Virus record (IMG/VR): IMGVR_UViG_3300008448_000009
Coordinates: 32,001 to 96,000 of that record
Reading direction: 5' to 3' (one strand)
Origin: a virus
DNA: 64,000 bases
The number at the start of each line of letters is the position of its first letter. Within the stretch, counting starts at the first letter, position 1. Positions 39,468 to 48,876 of the stretch are shown here, in pieces. The notes beneath the pieces are model-generated. The model was not told the origin of the DNA. It was given only the letters and a program-made list of their open reading frames with translations, and ran no database searches. A program made the position numbers and the translations under genes.

Positions 39468-40742
39468 TTAGAACATTTCGTCTATTCCGAATACATCGTC
39501 ATCGTCATCTTCTTGACCACCCATACCTAATAGTTCGTCAATACCGAATACTTCTTTTTCTGTCGAATTAATTTCAGTCATAGCTTCATTAAATTCTTCT
39601 TCGTTTAATTCGCTTTTAACTTTTTTGGCGATTTCTTTAACAATTTTTTTACCTTCTTCAGTACCAGCCATTATCTCTCTCATTTTAACGTTAAATTCTC
39701 TAACTGGTAACGAAACCAATTCAGTGTATATATGATGCTTGTTACCAAAATCTTCAGAATCTATGGAATCTGTAAATCTCTCCCACAATGCTGGACCTAA
39801 TCTCATATCCCATGGCTCAGCGGCCAAGAAATCAGCTTTATCAACAACATACTTACCAATCTTTTTATCTTTTGGCAAACCATGTCCAGATAACAATTCC
39901 ATAACTCCTTTTACCAATTCATGTATAAGAACTGGGAAAACCATAGCTTCAGCTTCAATAACAGCTTTAGGGTTATCTTTGGTTGGGAATGTTACTCTAA
40001 CAACACCACCGTTAACACCGTTTTCCATATTAGGAATTACGTAGTACATGTAATCAGCAGCGGCCATAAGCTTTGTATATCTGTTCACCAATTTAGGGTC
40101 CATGTTAGTTAATTCATCATCAACGTTATGGAACATATGGCTACATTTCTTTGCAGCGCCTTGAATCATTGAATTAAGAAATCTACGTTTGTAAACTTCT
40201 TCGTTGGCATTAACTATTGCATCATGATTTTCAAATGTCATATCACTTGCTTTAGGTGTTGGATTCTTTTTGGTTCCTTCCATGTTTATTCTAGGAGTGA
40301 TTTTAGCTTTGATTTCAACAATGTCATCTGGCATGTCGTATTCTTCGCGAATCATTTCCTCAGCCAATTTCTCCAACTCTTTGATGTGTTTTGATTCCAT
40401 TGACATGGTTTCATGAAGCAAAGGCATCATTTCCATCATTACTTGTTGATTATCGATTGAATCTGAATCAAATGCTCTTTTGTATCTATTTACAACTTCA
40501 CTAAAACGTTTACCCATAATTTTTTGTTCGAAATGATTTTCATCACCTTCTGGGATTATTGGATGTACACCCAATGAATGTTTACGTTCAGCCAAGTCTT
40601 TTTCTAGTTGAGGATGCATTCTTTCGGAAATACCGTCTAAGTAAACTAACCCTTCGTTAAGGGTTGGTTTAACTTCTTTCTTCACTCCAATTATTTTGGA
40701 GTTCTGCAATGCTTTTTCAGCTATTTTTCTGTAATCGCTCAT
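39468..40742 (-). CDS. hypothetical head-module protein
   Basis: 424 aa with TLNE site near the N-terminus and an acidic tail. Confidence 0.6.
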   Translation of the reverse strand: MSDYRKIAEKALQNSKIIGVKKEVKPTLNEGLVYLDGISERMHPQLEKDLAERKHSLGVHPIIPEGDENHFEQKIMGKRFSEVVNRYKRAFDSDSIDNQQVMMEMMPLLHETMSMESKHIKELEKLAEEMIREEYDMPDDIVEIKAKITPRINMEGTKKNPTPKASDMTFENHDAIVNANEEVYKRRFLNSMIQGAAKKCSHMFHNVDDELTNMDPKLVNRYTKLMAAADYMYYVIPNMENGVNGGVVRVTFPTKDNPKAVIEAEAMVFPVLIHELVKGVMELLSGHGLPKDKKIGKYVVDKADFLAAEPWDMRLGPALWERFTDSIDSEDFGNKHHIYTELVSLPVREFNVKMREIMAGTEEGKKIVKEIAKKVKSELNEEEFNEAMTEINSTEKEVFGIDELLGMGGQEDDDDDVFGIDEMF

Positions 40743-41785
40743 TACTTAATATCTTTAATTTTTATTGTTTTTACTACTTTTCTATTTTCACTAATTGGTG
40801 CCAAATCTTGTTCTGGTGGCATTTGATTACCTTGTGCTTGACCAGTTTGTGGTTCGCTTTGTTGTTGTGTTTTAGTTTTAGCTAAATCTTTAATACCAGT
40901 AACTAAACTACCTAAACCAGCTCTAGGAACACCAATAAGTTCAGCAAACGCAGCGATAACTTCTCTTTGAGCTACCTTATTCTGTTTAATAGTGTCTATA
41001 ACAACTGATGGGATTCTTTTAGAAATCAAAACCATAAGCTTTTTAGCTTTAGCATGCATATCCTCATCAGTTTCTTGACCAGTAGGTGTTACTTCATTTA
41101 ATCCTTGTTTTTGACCACCACCAAAAACTTTACTATGAAAGAATTTTTTAAACTCTGATAAACCCATGTATTTTTCATTGTCAGACATTGGGTATTTTGC
41201 CAAGTCTTGAATGTTTTGGAATTTTTTAAATTTACCAGTTGTCTCGTCAACTATAAAGTGTTTATATTCACCCAATCTTAATGAATCTGGGTTATCACCT
41301 TTAGGTTGTTCCGTTGGTTTAGTTTCAGGTTTAACTTCTTTTTTTTCAGCAATAGAAGCTTCCATCGTTTCACGCATTGGCCCAGCAATAGTCTTCTCAA
41401 AATGGTCAACTGGGTGAATTATATTTTCACCAGATTCGTTTAAATCATCAAAACAATATACACCTAAAACGATTTGTTTCTCTGGTGTAATACCCCTAAC
41501 CATTTGATATTGTTTACCACCTATGCTAAATGGTTGTGATGTTTTATTTTTTTCATCTTTAACATTAGACAAGTATTTTATAGTTGCTTGGTCTTGTGGT
41601 TCAATAACAGCTTCAGCTTCTTCACCAACCACTTTAACGTTAACACCTTTCATTTTAGACAATGACGGCCCAACTTTTGGTAAATCTTTAGCTGATACGG
41701 TTAGATTAGCACCAGAACCACCACCACCAGATGTACTAGATGTGGTTAAACTAGTGTCGTATTCTTTTAATTTATTTTTGCTCAT
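40742..41785 (-). CDS. hypothetical protein with multiple L/I-x-E sites
   Basis: 347 aa; LKE, IAE, LNE, ISE. Confidence 0.55.
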   Translation of the reverse strand: MSKNKLKEYDTSLTTSSTSGGGGSGANLTVSAKDLPKVGPSLSKMKGVNVKVVGEEAEAVIEPQDQATIKYLSNVKDEKNKTSQPFSIGGKQYQMVRGITPEKQIVLGVYCFDDLNESGENIIHPVDHFEKTIAGPMRETMEASIAEKKEVKPETKPTEQPKGDNPDSLRLGEYKHFIVDETTGKFKKFQNIQDLAKYPMSDNEKYMGLSEFKKFFHSKVFGGGQKQGLNEVTPTGQETDEDMHAKAKKLMVLISKRIPSVVIDTIKQNKVAQREVIAAFAELIGVPRAGLGSLVTGIKDLAKTKTQQQSEPQTGQAQGNQMPPEQDLAPISENRKVVKTIKIKDIK

Positions 41786-42182
41786 GTGTTTTAATATTAT
41801 AATTCAATATTAGGTCTTTTTCATATAATTTTTCTTCAACTTCACCAATAAGTTCGCCAAATCTAAAACATAGCCTTGTCTCTGGGTAAGCATCATATGC
41901 GTTTATATTTTCCCAAGCCAAAGCTATAACACCGTCAACAGCATCCCAAACAGCAAATGTATCACTATTTTGAACAACATCCAAATTCAAATCAGACTCA
42001 AGTCTTCCAACTTTTTTGATGAATTTTTCATGTGGCGCTTCTGGTCTTCCAGATGCTGGAAACGTATCCCATTCTTCCCCATCAATGTCTTTTGTGGTAT
42101 CAGAAAAAATAAACTCGTAGATAAAGTTACCTTTGTAATCTTTACCTACTCTGTTTACATATATCAAATACATTTTATTCAT
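41772..42182 (-). CDS. hypothetical protein
   Basis: ATG 42182 (MNKMYLIY) overlaps the upstream stop. Confidence 0.6.
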   Translation of the reverse strand: MNKMYLIYVNRVGKDYKGNFIYEFIFSDTTKDIDGEEWDTFPASGRPEAPHEKFIKKVGRLESDLNLDVVQNSDTFAVWDAVDGVIALAWENINAYDAYPETRLCFRFGELIGEVEEKLYEKDLILNYNIKTHEQK

Positions 42183-44025
42183 TATTTTTAGCTTTTGGGT
42201 CTGGTTGAGTTTCAATTTCTGGCAAGAATGTTTTTTGTCTTCTTGTCGGTTGAACTGGTTGTGTTTCCGCTGGTTTTGTTTTTGGGCCAGCTGGTAATGT
42301 TTGTGGTTCCGCGTTGTTCATATTATCTTGATTTAAACTTTCGTGTAATTTATTTAACAATGTTGTTTTGTCAAATATACTAAATTTATTTGGATTTATC
42401 AAGTTTTCTTCAACTATTTTAGAAACTGGTTTCTTAGACCACATTTTACATGACCAATATTTAGGTTTTGTTCTGTCTTTAGCTTGAGCACATTTATGTC
42501 TAGCTCTAAAAGATTTTCTTCTTTTTGGGTCATCTCTTTTGATTTCCATATTAGGGTCACCAAAATTAACTTTTACCACATTACCTTTTTTGTTTCTAAC
42601 ATAAACTTTGAATTTTTTAACATCACCTTTCATTGGTTTACCTAATGGTTTCCCATCATATTTTCCTTCAGCCACCATACGTTCAACATTACCATATTCA
42701 TCCTCATAACCACCTTCAGTATCACCATCATAAGCGTTTAAAGTGTTGGCTAAGAAATGGTAAACTTCTTCCATATCATCATTAGCTGTCGCAATGTGGT
42801 CCAAAGCCCAACCATGACCGTCTGAAAGAATTCTATCAACCATGTTTTTATCCATATCTAATAATTCACCAGAAGCGTGTGCTATGGTTTTAAGGCTAGA
42901 CCAAAACATATAATTGTTTGATTCACCCATATTACCTTCCATCATACCATCAGTTTCTAAGTTTCCTTCTAAGAAATGGTATACTTCTTCAATATCGTCT
43001 TTAGATGTAATAACATGTTCAAAAGCCCATTGATGACCGTCAGCAATCAATCTATCAACCTCTGATTTATCCATATTCAACATTTCCATAGCATCATCAT
43101 GAATACCTTTAAGATTTAACCAAAACATATAATTGTTTGATTCACCTTCAATTTCTTCGGTCAATTTATTCCATTGTTTTTTGTCTGGATAATCTTCATC
43201 ACCTGGTTTTGCTGGTGATTCACCTCTTTCTCTTTTAGCACGAATATTATCCCATAATCCTTTTTCTTCATCTAAATTTTCATCGATTGGAACACAATTT
43301 GGAACTTCTTTACCATTCTTTTCCTTCATACCAACTTGTTTGTATCCTTTCCAACATGGTTTATTCTCTTCAAGTCTATTTTCTTCCATAAACTCTGGAC
43401 TACCTTCAGGTGCGAAAATACTCATTCTTTTTGGGTTTTCCAAAAATAAATCTTCATTCTCATAAATTTGATAAGTATTTTCTCCAAGGTCTTCTTCATC
43501 TGATGAAAAATCAAAATCATCGTCAGCAGCAGCCCCGTCATCGGGTCCACCTTGAGTATCATTTCCAAAATCGGTGTTATCCTGATTATCCGAACCAGAA
43601 TCTTGTGCGTCATCTTTACCAGCGCTATTAATTTTTTTAATTATATCTTTTCTGTCGTTTTCATCCATTTCAGATGTGTGAGTCGCAGATATCACCGAGT
43701 TTATTGCAAACTTCTCTAAATCAAAATCTGGTTGACCAGATTCTTCAGAATAGCTTCTTAATGATTGACCTAATTTACCACTCAACTGTTCAATGAATTT
43801 TTTTGGGTCTGTTTCTTCATCAGCATCAACACCCGCATCAAATGGTTCTTTGTCAAATGGTGCGTCGTTTGCTGGAGCAGCTTCTTCCTCACCACCAAAA
43901 TCGCCAAAACCAGCGTCATCAGCTGGTTCTGTCATAGGTTCAGCTGGAGCAGGTGCAGGCGCAGCGGGTGCCGCTGGTGCAGGTTTGTCCAACTTTAATG
44001 TGTATTTTTTAGCTTCGTTTAAAGT
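42175..44025 (-). CDS. C-terminal part of a frameshifted modular head polyprotein
   Basis: Frame open from the A10 run (TLNEAKKYTLKLDKPAP...); annotated start is only an internal TTG. Confidence 0.7.
   Translation of the reverse strand, partial: TLNEAKKYTLKLDKPAPAAPAAPAPAPAEPMTEPADDAGFGDFGGEEEAAPANDAPFDKEPFDAGVDADEETDPKKFIEQLSGKLGQSLRSYSEESGQPDFDLEKFAINSVISATHTSEMDENDRKDIIKKINSAGKDDAQDSGSDNQDNTDFGNDTQGGPDDGAAADDDFDFSSDEEDLGENTYQIYENEDLFLENPKRMSIFAPEGSPEFMEENRLEENKPCWKGYKQVGMKEKNGKEVPNCVPIDENLDEEKGLWDNIRAKRERGESPAKPGDEDYPDKKQWNKLTEEIEGESNNYMFWLNLKGIHDDAMEMLNMDKSEVDRLIADGHQWAFEHVITSKDDIEEVYHFLEGNLETDGMMEGNMGESNNYMFWSSLKTIAHASGELLDMDKNMVDRILSDGHGWALDHIATANDDMEEVYHFLANTLNAYDGDTEGGYEDEYGNVERMVAEGKYDGKPLGKPMKGDVKKFKVYVRNKKGNVVKVNFGDPNMEIKRDDPKRRKSFRARHKCAQAKDRTKPKYWSCKMWSKKPVSKIVEENLINPNKFSIFDKTTLLNKLHESLNQDNMNNAEPQTLPAGPKTKPAETQPVQPTRRQKTFLPEIETQPDPKAKNNE
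42752..43146. repeat. 219-bp (73 aa) internal duplication
   Basis: Identical 27-mer at 42901-42927 and 43120-43146; ESNNYMFW...DGHxWA...EEVYHFL twice. Confidence 0.9.
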
Positions 44026-45299
44026 TTTTTTTTTAAATCAGCGATAGCTTCTTTAATTTCTTCAATAGACATTTCGTCAATATTCATTTCTTCATCCATG
44101 GTAGCACCAGCGATTTTATCAGCATATGTGATTTTATCTTTAGGTTCAGCCAAAGCAGCAAATTCTTTATCTTTATCTGACATTTCTTCATTAACATCTG
44201 GATATTGTCTGTTAAAGTAATCTCTAGCTTTATCCATACCAGTAGACAATTTTTGAGAAATAACATTTTTCAAATCTCTACCAGCATCACCTAACAATTG
44301 AAGTAATTCAGCAGCAGACATATTGTCTAATCTATCCATCAATTCATCATTTGACATCTCATCTTCTTCGTTCATGTTTCTTAACATAGACAAATCGTCA
44401 CCATCAATTTTACCATTGTGGTTCATATCAATTTTACTTTGATTACCGTGTAGTTCTTCTTCCATGTAACTTTCATCATACATGTTTTCTTCCATGTAAC
44501 TTTCATCATACATGTTTTCTTCCATGTAACCTTCATCAGTTTTTTCAAAAGTTTCTGGGTTTCTACCTTGTTTGTTAGCAGTAGCGTAATAAACTTCTTC
44601 ACCTTTATCGGCACCATATTGGTCTTTCATTTTGTCCATAACTGGTTTATCAAATTCTAACATGCTGTCGATATATTTTTCTTCTTCAGTCATTTCCATA
44701 TCATCACCAAACATACCTTCATCAACAAATCCGTTGCCTGTCATTTCAGCAAATCCAGCCCAACCTTCGTCAATTTTTTTAACTTTTTCAATGTCGTTTT
44801 TAGTTTTACCGTTAGCCAAGTTATCACCAAAACCATCTTCTTCAGAACCTTCTTTAGACTCTTGTTTTAAGTCATGACCTTTTTTGTCTACAATGTGTTT
44901 AGACGCAAAGTTTTCTTCGTTCAACAAATCATCGTCTTCAAATACGTTGATGTTGCTATCTGTACCATAAGCTTCTGCCAAAGATTTAAACGTTAAGTTT
45001 AAATGTTTAGTTGCTTTAGCATATGATGGATAAGCTTCTTTCTTTTTGTTTTGCAAACCACCAATGTATTTAAAATCTTCAGTTACAAGTTTTGAAGTTT
45101 TATCTGATACTTTTATGTAATATTCGTGATTTTCTCTAACGATAGCGTAAGCTTTACCGTCTGGACCCATTTTAGTCAATTCAATAACTGAACGAGAAAC
45201 ATTTTCATTGATAGGTGTAATACCCATAAGTTGTTTCATACGTTCATTGATTTCGTTTCCTTTTAAACCAACTGGGTTAATTTTAAAATCTTTTTTCAT
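44019..45299 (-). CDS. acidic modular head protein, N-terminal part of the frameshift fusion
   Basis: Ends GAT TTA AAA AAA AAA CTT TAA; EF-hand-like DMNHNGKIDGDD module. Confidence 0.75.
   Translation of the reverse strand: MKKDFKINPVGLKGNEINERMKQLMGITPINENVSRSVIELTKMGPDGKAYAIVRENHEYYIKVSDKTSKLVTEDFKYIGGLQNKKKEAYPSYAKATKHLNLTFKSLAEAYGTDSNINVFEDDDLLNEENFASKHIVDKKGHDLKQESKEGSEEDGFGDNLANGKTKNDIEKVKKIDEGWAGFAEMTGNGFVDEGMFGDDMEMTEEEKYIDSMLEFDKPVMDKMKDQYGADKGEEVYYATANKQGRNPETFEKTDEGYMEENMYDESYMEENMYDESYMEEELHGNQSKIDMNHNGKIDGDDLSMLRNMNEEDEMSNDELMDRLDNMSAAELLQLLGDAGRDLKNVISQKLSTGMDKARDYFNRQYPDVNEEMSDKDKEFAALAEPKDKITYADKIAGATMDEEMNIDEMSIEEIKEAIADLKKKL
44457..44530. repeat. 30-bp coding tandem repeat, ~2.4 copies (YMEENMYDES)
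   Basis: TCCATGTAACTTTCATCATACATGTTTTCT at 44461 and 44491. Confidence 0.9.
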
Positions 45300-45322
45300 A
45301 TTTTTAATTTTATTTGTTTTTA

Positions 45323-45565
45323 TTATAATTGAGTCGACCCTTGATAAACATCTTGGTTAGTACCTAATAACCAACAACCAGACCCACCACTAACAGTTTT
45401 AACCCATATATTTATATTTGATGAACTAGCTACGCTTATATTTACACCGTTTACTGTTATATTACAACCAGCGCTACCACCATATATTTCAGTATATGTG
45501 TGTGCTGTTAAATTAGCTGTTTGTGCTGACACAATAACATCATGTATGTTTGAAAAATTTGCCAT
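45323..45565 (-). CDS. 80 aa beta-rich protein, paralog of the DUF285 protein N-domain
   Basis: YTEIYGGSAGC..VNG..VKTVSGGSGC vs YNQVYGGLTGC..ING..VKSISGGTGC. Confidence 0.7.
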   Translation of the reverse strand: MANFSNIHDVIVSAQTANLTAHTYTEIYGGSAGCNITVNGVNISVASSSNINIWVKTVSGGSGCWLLGTNQDVYQGSTQL

Positions 45566-45599
45566 ATTATTATGTTTCTTAATAAATATTCATAAAAAC

Positions 45600-45626
45600 A
45601 AAAAAAGCTCTATTACAGAGCTTTTT
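45600..45626 (-). terminator. terminator, duplicated at 48297-48322
   Basis: AAAAAAGCTCT-ATTAC-AGAGCTTTTT. Confidence 0.8.
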
Positions 45627-45628
45627 AT

Positions 45629-45844
45629 TTATATAGTATCTAAAAGATTATCTAAAAGATTATCTAATTCATTTGGAGAATTGTTTTCGTTGCAAACAAC
45701 ACCAAAAGAACTTAACCTATCTTTTAATTCGTCTAAACTATTAAAATATTCTAAATTAGGTTGACCAGTTGAAACAACTTGACCATCATTAAGTTCACAA
45801 TAGTGAAATATATCTATTGAATTATGTGCTAAAAAATATGTCAT
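45629..45844 (-). CDS. small hypothetical protein coupled to the DUF285 gene
   Basis: TAATG overlap at 45842-45846 (MTYFLAH...). Confidence 0.55.
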   Translation of the reverse strand: MTYFLAHNSIDIFHYCELNDGQVVSTGQPNLEYFNSLDELKDRLSSFGVVCNENNSPNELDNLLDNLLDTI

Positions 45845-48258
45845 TATACTAATCCTCCATCTATTATTGTCCAATTGTTAGGTGCCGATGTTAATGTATT
45901 TCTAGCTGAAACGGCTGCGCTAGTATATTTTATTGTACCCATATTCAATAATTGGTTAGGTCTTACATTCCTAGTAGCCCAGCCAATCAACAAGGCATCA
46001 TAATTTGCTGTTGAATAGTCATTAAATGTTTTACCAAACATAAAACCAGTTGTAAAACCACTTGAACTAAACGTAGTCACACCACTTATATTCCAATTGT
46101 TGATTGGTTGATTGAAACCAGTTTGATAATTAAACATGTCTGTAGCACCAGTTAATCGTCTAACATCCCAGTTATTTATTGAAGGTGAATTTCCGTTGTT
46201 AAATGACCCAATAATTCCACCAGTTGTATTTGGGTTGGTAATACCAAACATGATAGACATAGTAGTAACACCAGAAACTGTCCATGCAGAATAACTAGAC
46301 CCACTAACTGTAACTTGTTTTGTTCCTATATCTTGATTAAAATTAGGTTGGTTTTGAAACATTTGAGACATATTTGTAACCCTTCTAGTATCCCAATTTC
46401 CAATGTTTTGGTTAAAACTACCAGATAATCTACCAGCTGTTGCTGGGCTATAACAAAAAAACATAAAATTCATAGTAGTTGCACTTGTTGTATTCCACGC
46501 AACATATGATGAACCACTAATTGTAACTACCTTTGTTGAAATATCTTGATTAAAATAAGGTAGACCTGTAAACATTTGAGTCATATTTGTAACTCTGGTA
46601 GTATTCCAATTTCCAATGTTTTGATTAAACTCACCATCAATAACAATATTATTAAATATAAGACCCATATTAGTAACGTTAGATGTATTCCACGCAACAT
46701 ATGAAGACCCACTAACTGTAACTACCTTTGTTGATATATTTTGGTTGAAATTAGGTTGGTTTTGGAACATACTACTCATATTTGTAACTCTACTTGTGTT
46801 CCAGTTTCCTATATTTTGATTAAAAGACCCCGTTGTAGGTGAAGAACAATTAAACGCACTGGCAAAATTAGTAACATTACCAACATCCCATGCAACATAA
46901 GAAGACCCACTAACTGTAACAACTTTTGTTGATATATCTTGATTAAAATTTATTTTATTTCCAAAAATAGCTTGCATCGTTGTTACCTTGCTAGTATTCC
47001 AATTTCCAATGTTTTGGTTAAACAATCCGTTAGTAGCAGTTCCACCTTGAAAAAAATTCATATTAGTAACATTACTAGTATCCCAAGCAATATAGTTATT
47101 TGAACCCACAGTAACAACTTTAGTCGATATATCTTGGTTGAAATTTATTTGGCTTTGGAACATAGCACTCATATTTGTAACTTTGCTAGTATTCCAATTT
47201 CCAATGTTTTGGTTAAAAGAACCACCAACACCACCAGTGATACTTAATCCAAACATAAAATTCATATCAGTAACATTACTTGTATCCCATGCAATATAAG
47301 AAGTACTACCAACTGTAACTACTTTGGTTGATATATCTTGGTTGAAATTATATTGGTTTTGTAACATACTACTCATATTTGTAACCTTACTAGTGTTCCA
47401 TTTTGATATATCTTGATTAAAAACACCCCTAATACCAAGAGCCATTGTTGTTCCAAAAGCTAATGTCATTGTAGTCACATTTTCAGTATTCCAATCACCA
47501 ATATATGTATTAAAATTAGGTGATTCAAAAAAAGTACTGTTTAAAGTGTTGACATTACTAACATCCCATTCGTTCATTCTATTAACAGTAGAAAGTCTAG
47601 TACATGCTCTAAAAAGACTTCCAAAGTTTGTAGTACCCTGTAAATTTAAAACATCTTCAACTTCAGATAAATCTAAATTAGCACAACCAAAAAATTGCCC
47701 ATTCACATCGCCCAACCTAAAACCAGTACCCCATCTAAATATAGATAACAATTTAAGTCTATCACCAGCGTTTACAAAACCAAACCCTCGTATTGTTCCA
47801 GTTATAGTCAACTGATAAACACCAGCACTTGCGTATGTGTGAGTTGTTTCAGCTTGATTCCACGTGGTAATTCTATCAGTGCTTCCATCACCCCAATCAA
47901 CAATAAAGTTATAACTACCAGCAGAATTCAACGGTAATCTAATTTGTGTAGCAGTGCTACTACCAGTGCTAGTTCTAGAAGTGTCCCAAACACTCACAAA
48001 GGTTTGAGGGACATATTTGTATTGTAGTGAATCACCAAAAACATATGGTCTATCACCAGATACTGAACACCCAGTTCCACCACTTATTGACTTAACTATA
48101 ATATCAATAGTCGAATTTGGACCCATTTGAACAGTTGTACCATTTATGTTAACAGTACAACCAGTAAGACCACCGTATACTTGGTTATAAACTAATTGGT
48201 ATAGAAATGCATCTTGAGCTGGAACTATAAAATTGTTAATATTATTATTAAAAGGCAT
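45844..48258 (-). CDS. BspA/DUF285 repeat protein with PKD-like domain (candidate fibre/adhesin)
   Basis: VDWGDGS..THTYASAGVY PKD motif; FNQxIxxWxTSxVTNMxxMF repeats. Confidence 0.85.
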   Translation of the reverse strand: MPFNNNINNFIVPAQDAFLYQLVYNQVYGGLTGCTVNINGTTVQMGPNSTIDIIVKSISGGTGCSVSGDRPYVFGDSLQYKYVPQTFVSVWDTSRTSTGSSTATQIRLPLNSAGSYNFIVDWGDGSTDRITTWNQAETTHTYASAGVYQLTITGTIRGFGFVNAGDRLKLLSIFRWGTGFRLGDVNGQFFGCANLDLSEVEDVLNLQGTTNFGSLFRACTRLSTVNRMNEWDVSNVNTLNSTFFESPNFNTYIGDWNTENVTTMTLAFGTTMALGIRGVFNQDISKWNTSKVTNMSSMLQNQYNFNQDISTKVVTVGSTSYIAWDTSNVTDMNFMFGLSITGGVGGSFNQNIGNWNTSKVTNMSAMFQSQINFNQDISTKVVTVGSNNYIAWDTSNVTNMNFFQGGTATNGLFNQNIGNWNTSKVTTMQAIFGNKINFNQDISTKVVTVSGSSYVAWDVGNVTNFASAFNCSSPTTGSFNQNIGNWNTSRVTNMSSMFQNQPNFNQNISTKVVTVSGSSYVAWNTSNVTNMGLIFNNIVIDGEFNQNIGNWNTTRVTNMTQMFTGLPYFNQDISTKVVTISGSSYVAWNTTSATTMNFMFFCYSPATAGRLSGSFNQNIGNWDTRRVTNMSQMFQNQPNFNQDIGTKQVTVSGSSYSAWTVSGVTTMSIMFGITNPNTTGGIIGSFNNGNSPSINNWDVRRLTGATDMFNYQTGFNQPINNWNISGVTTFSSSGFTTGFMFGKTFNDYSTANYDALLIGWATRNVRPNQLLNMGTIKYTSAAVSARNTLTSAPNNWTIIDGGLV
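46130..47590. repeat. ~200-bp coding tandem repeats of the DUF285 solenoid
   Basis: Six copies of FNQ(D/N)IxTKxVT(V/I)xxxxYxAW alternating with FNQNIGNW units. Confidence 0.85.
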
Positions 48259-48296
48259 AATTTACTTGGTTTAACAATAAATATCGCGTAAAAAAC

Positions 48297-48322
48297 AAAA
48301 AAAGCTCTATAACAGAGCTTTT
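48297..48322 (-). terminator. terminator, duplicate of 45600-45626
   Basis: AAAAAAGCTCT-ATAAC-AGAGCTTTT. Confidence 0.8.
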
Positions 48323-48324
48323 AT

Positions 48325-48831
48325 TTATTTATCTTTATAATCTTTCAATATGTTTTGTATCGAATCAATTAATTGTTTTTGTTTTTCAGGGACTTTTGTT
48401 ATCGTCGTTTTAGTTTCAATTATTTTCTCTTTTGGTGTTTGTCTAATCATAGCATGCGCAACAACACTGCTATCACTACCACTACCCATACCGTTAGACC
48501 TTTCATCTCTGACAACAGCATAAACTCTTTCGTTTGACCTAACAGTCGTTTTTGTAGTTGTTTCTGGTTTAATCTTAGCCATTTCCTCTAACAAGTTTTT
48601 AATAGCAATCATATCCCTATCTTTATTATTATTGGATTCTATTAGAGTATTGTTTATTGACATTGTTTCAGTGTAATTTTTTACAAGGACCTGATATTGA
48701 GCAGCTAAACCATTACAATCATCAGTTTTTAGATAAACAGTCAACACTGCCGACGCAGTAGACAAGAAAGCCGCGAACAAAAAAGCTTGCAATCTGTGAG
48801 TTGGTTTAAGGTTTTTAATGATTTCAAACAT
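48325..48831 (-). CDS. N-anchored membrane coiled-coil protein
   Basis: AFLFAAFLSTASAVLTVYL TM segment; late motif upstream. Confidence 0.55.
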   Translation of the reverse strand: MFEIIKNLKPTHRLQAFLFAAFLSTASAVLTVYLKTDDCNGLAAQYQVLVKNYTETMSINNTLIESNNNKDRDMIAIKNLLEEMAKIKPETTTKTTVRSNERVYAVVRDERSNGMGSGSDSSVVAHAMIRQTPKEKIIETKTTITKVPEKQKQLIDSIQNILKDYKDK

Positions 48832-48876
48832 GATGTTAATTTATTAATAAATATAACACTTCATGGTTAATATAAT

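Noticed and set aside
44457-47590. Tandem repeats as a CRISPR array or DGR template/variable pair
   Set aside because: They are in-frame coding repeats without unique spacers; no adenine-specific pattern was noticed, and no cas or reverse transcriptase gene is in the window
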